Both the position numbers and the translations under genes were made by a program. A stretch of 64,000 nt of DNA from Hemiscyllium ocellatum. Lineage: Eukaryota. The stretch covers positions 16,738,303-16,802,302 of the forward strand of contig NC_083409.1 in the NCBI RefSeq assembly GCF_020745735.1. Direction: 5' to 3'. The notes under the pieces are model-generated. The model worked only from the letters and a program-made list of their open reading frames with translations, did not search any database and was not told where the DNA came from. Below, in pieces: positions 38,070 through 51,019 of the stretch; within the stretch, counting starts at the first letter, position 1; each line of letters starts with the position of its first letter.

Positions 38070-38390
38070 CTATGAAGGACAGAACAGGATCTCGACAGTG
38101 GAGAGGGGGTATTCTCATGTTCAAAAATTCTTATAGAAAGGAACACAAAAAATACATATTAACCATCAGAGCATACAAACTGAGCGGCAAAATGACACAT
38201 TCTCCAGTCATATACCAAGTACAGAAAGGAAATCAGGAAAAATATTTTGATGCAGTTACGGAATTTAATGATGAATGATGTATAAACTGAATGCTCCATT
38301 CAAAAAAGGACAGAATGATTTTTAGAATTTCAACAGGTCTAAAGCAAAAGAGGAAATCAGGATCAAATAGTCATTTGAGAATCTGGAACT
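38070..38390 (+). repeat. Third, more diverged copy of part of block B (direct vs 61900-62200; inverted vs 44690-44990)
   Basis: Shared ggcaaaatgacacattct...gaaatcaggaaaaatattttgat...ggatcaaatagtcatttgagaat. Confidence 0.85.
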
Positions 38391-39384
38391 TGAGTGAGAG
38401 AAAGTCCTTTTTATGAAAACATTTCATTTTGCCTTGCTTTCTCTCCATGGATGATGCCTGACCCGCTGGGATCTCCAGTCTACATGGTGTTTGCCTTTGC
38501 TGTGCTATTTCTCGCAAATTGCCCTGATGTGTGCAAGACAAAAGCTTCGACAAAATGTCTCTTTTTTTCAGCAACACTCAAATCCAGATCAGTCTGGAGA
38601 GAAAGCAGGGCCATGGAATCATCTTTCCCTGCAGGGAGGGAGGGAGGGGGTGTGTGTGGAATCTCCCATGGGCAGGGTTCTCCTGGCTGCCACCACATCA
38701 GGAAGGCTGGAGCTTGATGATCGAGCTGAATGGACAGGGCTCGCTCTCACAGTCCTCAGGGCCATGGAGCCTCTTGAGATGGGAGCATCTACTTGGTGTC
38801 AGGGCAGACAATGACATTGCAGTGGGATTGGAAATGTGACAACTCGACACTCGATGTTGCACAATGGCTGCAGTGACTCTTCCTCTCTGCCAGATCCCTT
38901 CAGGAGTGAACGTGGATGTACAGAATAGCTGAACACCTTGGTTTTTGAAGAAGGCATGTGCAATGGAACATTATTCTCCAGCTGACTGTCACCAGCTTGG
39001 TGCTAGAAAAGGTTCCTTTATTCATTGAGCTGAGAGCCTTGCTCCTGACCCAACAGATTGGTGTTGAGTGGAGTTTCAGGAGATAAAGAGAGGCTGAGGA
39101 GGGAATGAATGAGCAAGTGAATGTATCTGCTTCTCAAATTTCCCAGCAACAATGAGAGCTCAGGGTTAAGACACGAATGAGAAAGGGTGAAGCGTTGAAG
39201 AAATCTTTCACACAGAGCGTGTGTACGAGTGGGTACAGAGAAAAGACCATTCAATTGTTTTGAACTTACAAATTAGTGGCTGAATTAGGTCATTCAAACC
39301 TTCAAAATTCTCGACCAATGAATAGGACCATGGCTGATGTGATTTTGCTTCCAATGTCACATTCTCATCCATCACAGAATGGTG

Positions 39385-40535
39385 AATGTATAACAAAAGT
39401 GGACAGAAAAGCCAGATCCTGAACTACAACAGCAACCACCCAAATACACACAGGAGAAGCTGCATTAGGCCCCTGTTCAATAGGGCTACAACACACTGCA
39501 GCACTCCCGACCTGCGAAGAGAAGAACACTTCTACAAAGTCTTTACCAAGAACAGATTTTCCTGCAACTTTATCCACAGATACCTAACAGACAACGCGAT
39601 GAGGACATGCTACAACCTAACTCCTAGCCACGCTACCGTATATAAACAAATGCCACTGAACTGACAGCCAGACTTGTCCAATCATGGAACAGTGGCTCAG
39701 TAGTTAACACTGTTGCCTCACAGTGGCATGGATCCGATTTCAATTCCCTCATCAAGAAACTGTCTGTCTGGAGTTTGCATATTCTCCCCGTGTCTGCAAT
39801 GATTTCCTCCGGGTGCTCCGGTTTCCTCCAACAATCCAAAGATGTGCAAGTCAGGTGAATTGGCCATGCTAAATTGCCCCTAGTGCTAGGTGCATTAGTC
39901 GAGGTCAGTATTGGGTAGGGGACTGTGTCTGGGTGGGTTATCTTTGGAGGATCGGTGTGGACTTGTTGGGCCGGAGGGCCTGTTTCCATACTGTAGGGAA
40001 TCTAATCACTCATAAACTGCCCAGAAACTGCTAGCCACGCTCAGACAACAACGCATGAGAACAAAAGACCCAAAACCAATCATGTGAAAGACAAATGTAG
40101 TTTACAAGATTCCATGCAAAGCCTGCATGAAACACACAGGACACACAGCCAGACAACTAGCCATCCACATCCATGAACACCAAAGAGCCACTAAACCCCA
40201 TGAGCAGCTGTCCCGAGTAGCTATACACACAGATGACAAGGACCACAAATTCGATTGGGACAACACTATGATCATAGGACAAGCTCAACAGAGGACAGCC
40301 AGAGAATTTCTAGAACCATGGGCTCCATCAATAAACACATTGACCGAGACCCAGTAGACCGACCACTGAAATGAACATTCCCAAACCAGCAACCGGAAAC
40401 AGCAGGAATGGAACCAAATACATTCCAGAAGACACAGCACAACAGCACTTCACAGGAAGCTCCAAAGCTCTGAAGATGTCACCGAGACAGGGGACAAAAT
40501 GTCTACAAATCAACTCCCCAGCTCGGTGAGCATAC
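39385..40535 (+). mobile_element. Penelope-like element 3' part, interrupted by a V-SINE at about 39686-40008
   Basis: QILNYNSNHPNTHRRSCIRPLFNRATTHCST, then HTGHTARQLAIHIHEHQRA...FDWDNTMIIGQAQQRTAREFLE; decayed hammerhead at about 40467-40505. Confidence 0.85.
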
Positions 40536-41239
40536 CCACAACTACAGCAAGAGTGAGGGGTTTTCCTGTCCTACAGTGCTCTCCAAATCCTTACCTGCCC
40601 TCCTCATTGTCATACCCTCCTGCCCCTTATTACACATGGAATTGGACTGCCTGGTCCTGAGGATTATGACTTCCTTCTGGAACAAGATCTCCGGGTATCT
40701 CTTCACCTCCCTGATGTGTCACCAATTATTTCAACACAACCTCAAGTCCAAACACCCTGTGTGGGAGTTGTTGTAATTTATATATTCACTGCAGATGTAT
40801 TTAATCTGAGTCATTTTAATTTAATAAAGAAATATAGATCCCACTTACAAATGGAAGATATGGCTTCCTCGATTAATCCAGTAATTGTCTTCAGTATCTG
40901 AATTTAAATTTTCGTGCTTTTGATTTATTGACCTTCTCGAATGGAGGTATCCCGAAGCAGTACAAGACAACATGAGGATATAGACGGGCTGGGAGGGTCA
41001 GATGGGCTGATCAGTAACAAATGGAATTCATTCCGATAAATGTGAGTCAGTGGACTGAGCTCCCCCTGACCATGTGAGTGAGGTGAGGGCAGAGTGACAG
41101 CCCTTGACATCAAGGCCTCTTTGATGGTGTGTGGCATCAAGGAGCCTGCTAGTCCAGGGAAGGGATCAACATCTGGATCCTTCCAAGCAACTCCTGGGAA
41201 TTCTGTCATCCCAAACGGACACATCCTCCTCCTCAGTTC

Positions 41240-41510
41240 ACACAAACAGCAGCAAGTCAAGCACACTCTGTCCAAACTGGTTGGGGGAACTGACCTGAAC
41301 TCTCACAGCCCTGTGCCGTGCCCTGCTGAAAGATGGAGGGACTACTGGGGAACCCTTGGGGCAGACAGTTCCACCAATATTGTTGTTCTTTAAATGTGAA
41401 TGTGAACTTGTCCTGGTCCTCAGCCCTCCCTGGACCAGGGCACATTCAAAATGACCAACGGTGTAAAGACCCATTGCCAGTCCATCAGCAATGAGCCAAT
41501 CTGCTCTGAG
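41240..41510 (-). mobile_element. Endogenous retrovirus RT fragment
   Basis: QDKFTFTFKEQQYWWNCLPQGFPSSPSIF (retroviral FxF..QQYxWxxLPQGFxxSP) followed, after a frameshift, by QSVLDLLL where QYVDDLLL is expected. Confidence 0.75.
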
Positions 41511-42169
41511 CACTCCCTGAGTTAGCGCACTCCATTCTGTTCGGTTAGACTGCCAGAGAGCCCACCCTTACACTCCAGGGTTTTATTAGCCCTCCTACCA
41601 CAGAGTCCTCCCATGAACCTCTTCAGTTTGCTCTCCACTAGAGAGGGCTGGTCCCAGTGGTTTTGATGGATGCATCTGTGAGTGAGATATAATGAGATAT
41701 ATACATATATATAATATATATAGCTTGATATATTCCCTGTTCCCCACCCACACACGTATGGACACAGGCTCTTCCCCATTCATCATACACTATCAGGCAC
41801 AGGTATTCAGGATGGGTACTGCCCCTTCAGAGCACCACCATGGTGGATGGGGGGTTATGGAGTGAAAGGTACCCTCCCTACTCTGGGTTGGACCTTTCCC
41901 ATCTACACTCTGAGTTCAACTCACTCTCGGCTTCATTCTTTGATCTTTCCGAAGCCAACATACCTTTCTTCTCTTCCCCATTTATTGGGGAAGATTTTCT
42001 CAGGGCCCTGCATTCCTGCTGAAAGTGCCCCTTCTGTCCCTAGCTGTCGTATTGCCCTCCTGCTCCCAGGACCCCATTGCCCTCTCTATTCTCCCCCTCC
42101 TGTTCCGTGCCTTGATGGTGGAGGGTTTCAATTCACACACCCTTTCCCAGAGGCTTCAGCTCGGGCCAT

Positions 42170-42945
42170 CTCCAAAGCACACACGAGACAGAGACTGAAT
42201 CTTCTTCATCTTTATTCCCTTTTACAGATTGACATTGACAGAAAACAGTCAGCAATTAACAGCCCAGACAGAGGAAGCTGCACAAATTCACAGCCACAAT
42301 GGAGCTTGAGGAAAACGCTTGTGGAGATTTTCTCAATAGCATGAGAATCCTGTCCCTTTAAACAGTGACAAAACCTTTAGGTGGAACTGGTGGCTGAGCA
42401 GGAAGGAGATCTGGTTTACTGAAGCAGAGACTTCTGAGGTTCACATTGTTTTTATACAGCTCACAGTTTTCAATATCTTTGAAAGGTTATACTTGTTGTT
42501 GCAAGTTAACACTGTCCCCAACAAACAGTCTCCTGGACAGGGACAGAATAGGGTTATATGCAGAGTAAATCTCTATCCATACTGTTCCCACCAAAGACAC
42601 CTATGACAGGGACAGGATAAGAAACAGAATAAAGCTGTCTCCACACTGTCCTCGTCAATACTCCCAGGACAGGGACAGTACTGGGTTCTCAAAGTGTCAC
42701 AGTAACCTGCCTTAACCGTTGAACCTCAGAGTCTCCCAGAGGCCAGTCTCAAGAAGGAAGAGAGTTGAAATTCAGTGCTGACAATGACCTGTGTCCTTCC
42801 AGCTCAGCCCTGTTCTATTTAAAGTTGTGTCTCCTCTGTGGACTGTCTCAAACACTCTACACACATTCTGATCTCCTGATGCTCTTGCTGAGGGGAGCGG
42901 AGAGGGTCACATGGGTGAGGGCACAGGAGAAATGAGCGTTGGACT
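42170..42945 (-). pseudogene. IGKC: Inverted, 5'-truncated Ig kappa C fragment with 3'UTR and polyA signal
   Basis: 42945-42857 is 84/89 identical to 27260-27348 (SNAHFSCALTHVTLSAPLSKSIRRSECV-stop). 3'UTR homology runs to about 42170, with AATAAA at 42216-42211. The first ~80 codons, J and V are absent. Confidence 0.95.
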
Positions 42946-43351
42946 GGCAAAAGTATAATTTTGAACATTTGTATCCAATACCCAACAAACCGGATGTTTT
43001 TTAAATTTCTTTTTGATTGTGGACATTGAAGTCCCCCACCCAGAGTACATTCTGTGCCCTGACCACCCTCAGAGCTTCATCCAAGTGCTGTTCAACATGG
43101 AGGAGAGACTGACTCATCAGTCGAGGGCGGACAGAACATGGTCATCAGCCAGAGGTTTCACAGAATCAGAGAATCATACAGTGTAGAAGAGGTCCCTCAT
43201 CTGATCATGTCTGTCCCACCAAGGCAAAACTAAATCTACTCTCCATCCACTTTCCAGAACTGGGCCCAACGTATTGAATGTTCGGATATTTCAGGCGCTC
43301 ATCCAGGTATTTTTTAAAAGATATATTTTTAAAATATTGACCAGGACACCA

Positions 43352-46322
43352 TGGGGATCTGCTCTGCTCTTCTCATAGTGTCATGGCATCTTCTACTGGC
43401 CCCTGAGAGGGCAGACATCAGAACATTCAGTCTGAAAAATGGTCCCTGAGCACTGAACCTCTAACAGTGTTGCACTCCCTCAGTATTGACACAACAGCAG
43501 TGCAGCACTCCCTCAGCATGAACTATCTGACAGGATGGCACTCCCACAGTATTGACTTTCTGACAGTGTGGCATTCCCTCAGTACGAACCCTCTGGCAGT
43601 GCAGTACTCCCTCAGCACTCACCCTCTGACAGTGCAGCTCTCCCTCAGTAATCACCCTCTGACAGTGCAGCACTCCCTCAGTACTGACCCAACGTTAGTG
43701 CAACACTCCCTCAGTACTGAACCTACAATAGTGTGGAACTCCCTCAGTACTGACCCTCTGACAGTGTGGCAGTCCCTCAGTACTGGCTCTCTGACAGTGC
43801 TGCATCCCATCAGCGCTGCACTGCACTCTCAGCCTGGATAATTTTCTTCAGTGATAGGATCATGTAAAGATGGAATCTCTACCATGTTGAAGCAGGCCAT
43901 TCACCCAAATAAGTTCACACCAGTCCTCCAAGGAACATCCCACCTAGATCCAAACCACGACACTATGCCTGTAACCCTGCATTTCCCAATGGCTCATCCA
44001 CCCAGTCTGCAACATTGTGAGTCTGAGGGGAGAGTGCTCCCCACTGAGACTAGGCTGACAACTCCCGGTCCAATAGCCTGCCTTGCTTCCCCATCCCAGG
44101 CCGCATTTGGAGGAATGAGACCATCTCTAGTTTCCCAGCTGTGCATTCAGGAGAAAGCTAACCACCGCCCTCTCCAGGATAGTTAGGGAAGGGCAATAAA
44201 CAGCAGACATATCAATGTCCTCCCCATCCCAGGAGTAATCAAAATAACTGATGGACAATTCAAACAATCAAACTGGTGGAAGGTGGTTCAATCATTCCAG
44301 TGATTAAATTTCACCTGGTAATTCCTGTATTAAGTTCAAGCTGAAGCTATCCTGGTCTCTGCTGAATTTAGACCAATTTTCATGTTCATTTCCATCTTCA
44401 TTCTTTCTCTCCAAACCGACCCTAACTTGAATGTTGCAAAAAACAAAACATTTTGTTGAAGCTTTTTGTCTTGTACTCATCAGGACAATTTACAAGAAAT
44501 GTCAAAGCAAAGGGAAACAATATTTAAACTGGCGTGTTCATAGTGACAACACCTCAGCCTGTCAGCACTTTCCTCATATGCAATATCAATGTCATGTTTT
44601 TCTCCTTTGATTGGTACTTTTACAATTATCCTGATGAAGGCAAAATGAAAAGCTGCTAAAAACCGGGCATTTTCAGGCCAGTTCAATATTCTCAAATGAC
44701 CATTTGGTCATAATTTGCTCTTTTGCTTCAGACCTGTTCAAATTCCAAGAAGTAATTCTGTCCCATTGTAAATGGAGGACCCAATTTACCAGAATTTACT
44801 AAATTCCAATCTCTGCATCAAAATAGTTTTCCTGATCTCCTTCCTGTACTTGGTGAATGACCGGAAAATGTGTCATTTTGCCTTTCTGTTTGTCGGTATT
44901 GACAGTAAATCTACATTTACTGTGTCGATTTTGTTAAGAAGTTTTGTTATCAGAATACCCTCCCTCTCTCCTCAAGATCCTGTTCTGGTGTTTCCCTGTA
45001 ACCTAGATCCCCTGTCCCTGTCCCATTCTGCATTGCCCCTCAAAGAAACCCATAACTATCCACCATATCCCAGATGTGACCGAACCATTCTTCAGTACAG
45101 CTGTCCTGGCCAATTTCCCCTCCGTCTCCTCACTCTCAATATTCATTCCAAAGTCCCATTGGCCTTTCCCATTTCTTTTATAGGACTTTCTTTCCCAATT
45201 TTAAGCATTTATGTTGCTCAACATCCTTTCTTGCCCACTGCAGTACATTGTTTACAATATGAGCTACACTTCATCCTTTAACGTTCTGAGTCATTACAAC
45301 CAGGAAAGCTCTCAATAGAAAAATTCAATTAATCCCATTGCCCTGCTCTATCCCAACAGCTTTAGTGCATTTATGGTGCATTCAATGACACCTGACACTT
45401 GTCTGTCTTACCCTCTTACACCCACTAATGGCTTTCTCTTGAGTTCTTCCTGACAAATTGCTGTTTACTGCAGTTTGGTGACACACTTTGGTAGCCGTTT
45501 GTTCGGTCTTTGTGTAATTCATTTTGTGCCTGATCCGTAGGGCACTCCACCTTGCAATTTAAAAATGCAGGCTCACCCATATCATGGCCGAGGCTCCAGT
45601 CTTTCAAAGAAATGAGTTCAAGCCTCACCAGTTTAATCATTTGAATTGTACATCATTTATTTTGATTTCTCCTGGGATGGGGCAAGCTTCGATTTGTCTA
45701 TTTGTTGTCCTTCCCTAATTGTCCTGGAGAGGGCGGTGGTGAGCAATGTCAAATCCAGAACATAGAACATAGAACATAGACCATGACAGCGCAGTACGGG
45801 CCCTTCAGCCCTCGATGTTGTGCCGCCCTATGGAACCAATCTAAAGCCCTTCTATCCTATACTATTCCATTTTCATCCATATGTTTATCCCGTGTCCATT
45901 TAAATGCCCTTAGTGTTGGCGAGTCTGCTCCTGTTGCAGGCTGTGCATTCCATGCCCCTACTAGTCACTGAGTAAATAACTACTTCTGACATCTCTCCTA
46001 TATCTATCACCCCTCAATTTAAACCTATGTCCCCTCAGCATCTGAGGAAAAAGGCTCTCACTATCCACCCTATCTAACCTTGTGATTATCTTAGTATGTC
46101 TCAATTAAGACAACTCTCAACCTTCTTCTCTCTAACAAAACAGCCACAAGTCCCTCATCCTTCCCTCATAAGGCCTTCCCTCCGTGCCAGGCAACATCCT
46201 CGTATATTTCCTCTGAACCCTTAAATTCTCACATCCTTTTTTTAAATGCCGTGACCACAACTGTATGCAATACAGTATGCAATTGCGGCCACACCAGAGT
46301 TTTGTACAGCTGCAGCATGACC
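43352..46322. repeat. Segmental duplication block B, left arm (inverted copy at 60268-64000, running off the window)
   Basis: 43352-43430 vs 63920-64000; shared minisatellite; 44700-45600 vs 61430-62220; shared CR1 3' end 45770-46322 vs 60268-60815. Confidence 0.95.
43455..43830 (+). repeat. About 33-bp minisatellite (cactccctcagtactgaccctctgacagtg)n; inverted, longer copy at 63430-63900
   Basis: About 11 units on the left and about 14 on the right, read directly. Confidence 0.9.
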
Positions 46323-47799
46323 ACAGAGACATGATTCATTCTTCACGTCTCCATGATCTGCCTCAGAAAATATCTCAGTTCTAGCAGTTGGAGATGGGCA
46401 ATAAATTTGAAGCTTCCCAATGACATGAACACCCTGAGGAGGACTAATGCAGCTATTTGCTGTCTGCCTTTGAGGTTCTGAGACACCACATTCTCACTGT
46501 TATGGGTTTCTAATCCTCTCAACTTTATTAACTAGATGATAGCAACATGTGAAGTGTTTTTGTTTTGAACTGTCAGGTCTCTTTTCCCACGCCTCTCTCC
46601 TCTCCACCTCCCTCCAAGCCTTTCTCCAGATGTTTCCCGTGACAGCCTCGCTGTGCAGAGTGAGAGCTCCCTGTGTTCTCTGAGGCCTCACTCTGTCTTG
46701 TATCTGTCTCCTCTCCAACGTAACACAAAAAACATGTTTCTAAAACCCTGTTGAGATGAAAAGAGAGCTGAGAAAACGACATCAACCATAATTGACTTGG
46801 TCTTGTTAAAGAAAATAATGTTTGTTTTGAAATTGTATTTCTGTCAGTGAGTGACAAAGGAAAGATGGGGGTCCAGGGTTGCTGCAGCCTCTGCCAGAAC
46901 ATCGGACCCAGGAGCAGGAGCAGGCCTTTTGGGAGCTGCTGCGCCAATGGGGAAGATCACTGCTCATCTGGTTATGGTCTCACCTGCACTTTCTGCAGTT
47001 ATCCTAAACTGCCTTATTCATCAAAAACCTGTCTACCTCAACCTTGAGTATACTTAATTACCCAACCTCCATTCCCACGTAGAGAAGAGAATTCCACAGA
47101 CTGTCAAACCTCAGCATGAAAACCCCTCCTTCCTTTTAAACGGGAGACTGTTTTGTGTTAAACTGTCCCTCCAGTTCTCGTCTGCCCTATAACAGGATCC
47201 ACCCTCTCAGTCTCCAGCCTGTCATGTCACCTTCAGATCAGAAACTGTTAATGAGAGAGAACAGGTTGCAAAAGCGAGGCATTTCCACGGAAAATAATTA
47301 ACAATGTTAATGTCCATATTTTTTCCATTGTCGAGTCCAAAACAAGGGGATTGATAAAATTAGAATTGGGAATGATTTCAGGAAGAAGTCTTTGTGACAA
47401 AGAGTGGTGGAAATCTGGAACTCTAGGTCTGACAAAACTGTCAAGGTCGGGGTTCAATGTTCATTCGCTCAACAAGGTAAGGGTTACAGAATTAAGCGGG
47501 AATGTGTTCTAGGTGACGGACTTTAGGCTCAATCTACAAATTTATTATCTTTTATGTGTGAGCCAAGTCCTGCGTGCTCTTTAAATAAAGCAATATGAAA
47601 AATATCTAATCTTACAGTTTTAGTTTTATTCTATCAGTAAGTGGATAAAGTATACAGAGCTCTGGGTCTAAACCTTCCTGTCCCTGACAAACTACTCAGT
47701 CAGTCAGTTCAGAAAGAACAAAAAAACCTATATCTGTCCCTGACACAGTCTTTTATACCATAGAAAACATCATACCATCACTCAAGTGAAGTTGTCTTC

Positions 47800-48117
47800 T
47801 AATTGGCTGTTGCTCCGACTCCATTCCCCGCCTCCTCGCATTTCCGGCTGTCCGACCTCACGTGACCTTCCCTTTTCGGAGACAAAGGACCACCATGTGG
47901 CCTCCTTTCGAGCGCGAAACGGCAGTCTCGCCCACTTCCGGGGCGCGAAACGGCCGATCACGTGACCTCCCGGAGCGCGAAACAGGGAGACCACGTGACC
48001 GCGCCCGCATCTCGGAGCATCACGTGATCATCCTCTGCGCGTGCATCAGAGGACCACGTGACCTCCGAGCATCGAGGACACGCCCCTCAGACTCGACAAT
48101 TTAGTTTCCAGGTAAGT
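47800..48117 (+). promoter_or_regulatory. CpG-island, housekeeping-type promoter with a probable non-coding first exon
   Basis: The only CpG-dense non-TE stretch. ATTGG 47802; CACGTG at 47859, 47959, 47992, 48021, 48055; GCGCGAAA (E2F) at 47912, 47943, 47975; ACTTCCGG about 47934; CAG|GTAAGT donor at 48112. Confidence 0.75.
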
Positions 48118-48296
48118 TTTTCACATATATATTTACATAGGTCAGCCATGGGCTGATTGACTGACTGGTGAACCAGACCGAAACAACTGATAACTCATTC
48201 CCACCGGAATCCACTGGAATGGCCGCTGTTTCGTTCAGATGCTCATGGCCCGGGACTTGACGCGTGGTTCTCAGCAGCGGTACCAGCACTCTATAG

Positions 48297-48310
48297 CCAC
48301 TAGAGGGCAG
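48297..48310 (+). promoter_or_regulatory. CTCF motif, forward orientation
   Basis: CCACTAGAGGGCAG, a full match to the CTCF core; paralog of 35705-35718. Confidence 0.75.
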
Positions 48311-51019
48311 CTGTTTCACTGTCCCTGAACAGAACAAATGAACTGGGGCCCTGCTCGGGTCAAACCAGTTCAATCTGTAGAAATGTGGAGAGAGAGAGGG
48401 AGAACAGCTTTCGAACCGGGATACTTATCACACCGCAGTGAAAATGTCCCCTGGGATATGATTGTCTTCACAGTGTGCAGTTTTGTTCATTCTGTGATTC
48501 ATGTAGACTATGTCAGTATTGAGTGACGCAAAGTATATTTTCTCCTCTAAACCCTTTCTAAAACACCCTCTCCATCTTGATTTACTCCTCATTGACTCTT
48601 CTATAATTGTCCCTGTTCCCTCACTCCGTCCTGATCCCAGAGGAATTGATGGCCAGAGTTCATGACCCCGCACTGTGTGAAGGTTGGTGTCAAGTGAGGC
48701 CAGTGTGTTGGAGCTTGGATTTCTGCTTCAGGCCCAGGTGTAGGGGCCTGTTCAACAATCTGCACATTGTCCTTTTTCCTCTTTCTGATCACAGACTTTC
48801 TAATATTGTTTGACAAGCTAATGATGTAAATCCATCAGTGTTGTTTATGGCTGGGATCATTTAACATCATGGTCCTAGTTTTTCATGGACCCTCACACGT
48901 GATAACACAGTTTGCAATGTTTCCCTCCCCTTACGTGTTACGAAGAGCTTTGCAAACATGTTTTAATGAGGAAAGTGTGTCTTCAACACCATGTGACGGA
49001 GTGGGTGGGTGTTTGAATTCTCATCCTACTATCTCCAGCTTTCAAGGAAAACTACCTCCACTGACCCATCTCTTTGGCCGCCATTGCAGTAAAAGCAAAT
49101 CTCTCCCTTTGCCGGCACAAAGAGAAAGTGCCCGTCAGATTCCCTCATGTGTGATGGTTTAGCTCAATAGGAGCAGCACTGGGAGATCATGCTGTATCAG
49201 CCTGGACAGAAACCTGGGCAAGCTCCAAATGAAAGGATGACCTTCAGTGGATCTGCTGCTACAGGAAATGTAGAATTGGAATACTTATTACTGAATCAAC
49301 TCATCAAACCCAAATACAACTGAGAACATATAAACCAAGACAATTTCCCAGGCCCTACATCACAACACAGGAAGAAAATGGAGAACAGGCAGTGACTGTC
49401 CCCTGCCTCTCACGAGTGTCACTGTAACTGTCCCCTCTCTCTCAGGGGAGTGTAGCTGTTCCTGTCCCCTCCCTCACTGGGGGCCATACCATTTTGAGCA
49501 TCCTTTCTGTCTGAGGATGTTACTATTCCTGTCTCCACAACTCTCTCGGTATCGGCGTGAGGGCGTCACAGCCACCCAGTTTGTTAGTTCAATTTACTCT
49601 CTTGTGAAATGGGTAATCCCTGCTTCACTATACTGATCCATGTGTTAATACCCAGCACAGCTCACTCTTCATCTCAATCAGATCACAGGGTCTAAGGTTG
49701 GTCAGTACTGTCTGGCCCCAGAACAATAACACTGACTGACTGGAGATAACCCAGATCAAGTCTCAGTGAGAGTGTTATTGACCTTCACACTCAAAGCCCA
49801 TCGAGGAGGTGGTTGTTAGTCTCAAATGTTGCCACAGGATAAGTTTTCCCAGAGATTCATAATTCATTCTAGATTTTAAACAAGAGAGGGATGTTGTGAG
49901 GAAACAGATGGGAAGGCATGGAAGGGAAACAAAAACACCGTTCATGAGCTGAGAATGTTCGAAGATGTTTTCCAGACAATGGAATATTTTCAAAGTCTAG
50001 ACATTGTTGTAATGTGGGAGCTGTGACAGCTCATTTACTCTCAGCAGGCTCCCACAATAACAGCAAGTTATTGACCAGGATATCGGGGGGTAGGACACCG
50101 GAGTGGAGAATGGGACAGGCTGGCAAATAAACCCCAAGTAACCAGTGAGGCCTGAGTAGTGGGCTGGGTGGGATGGAGAAGCCAAAGTAGAGGGACTTCT
50201 TAAAATTCTTTCATGGTATGTGGGGGTCACTGCCTGGGCCAGAATTTACTCCCCATCACTTGTTGCCGTGCTGAAGTTGGTGGTGAACTGCCTTCTTGAA
50301 CCGTTGCAATCCATGTGCTGTAGGCCTCCCCACATAATACTAAGGGAGGAAATTCCAGAATTTTGACCCAGCGACAGTGAAGGAGCTGTGATGTATTTCC
50401 AAGTCAGGATGGGCAGTGGCCTGGATGGACACTTGCAGAGGATGGTGTCCCACGTATCTGTTGCCCTTGTCCTTCTAGATGGTAGTGGTCATTGGTTTGG
50501 AAGGTAATACCTTAAGGAACCTTGGTGAGTTGGTAGTGATGGTACAGCAGGTAGTGGTGGTACTGCGAGTAGTGGTGGTACAGCTGGCTAAAAATGATCA
50601 CCTCTCCACAGTCAGTGGTCATTCCCTTTCCTTTTGTATCAGTGAAACGTGTCAATGACTAACTCCTGGTCAGTAACAGCAACAACAACAACTTGTATTG
50701 ATCTAGCATTTTTAATGTAGGAACCATCACACAGTTTTTGTGATGATGAACAGAATGAGACAAAGAAGTGAGAGGGGTTTGTGGAGGAAATCCCTGTGCT
50801 GAGGGCTGGGCGACTGAAGGCACAGCTGCCAGTCATGAGGGGGAAGGCTAGGTTGGAGAGTTTGGGAGATGGGGGAGGGATTGAGGATAACCGAGTGGTC
50901 CATTATATCACCTCCCCCACCTGCTGCAGCAGGAGACTGGGGAGAGGAATTGGGAGGCTGGACAAGGCACCACCCAGAGGCTGGAGGCTGTTACTGCAGG
51001 CAGGCTCCAAACCAGTTCG

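Noticed and set aside
46847-47047. Cys-rich ORF with faint granulin-like CC..H-C spacing
   Set aside because: Cys spacing does not fit the granulin pattern and there is no exon support.
49189-49325. Short ORF containing QKPGQAP, resembling Ig VL framework 2 (paralog at about 33945-34080, minus strand)
   Set aside because: No preceding Trp or Cys, no YYC, no RSS and no leader. A 7-residue coincidence inside block A.
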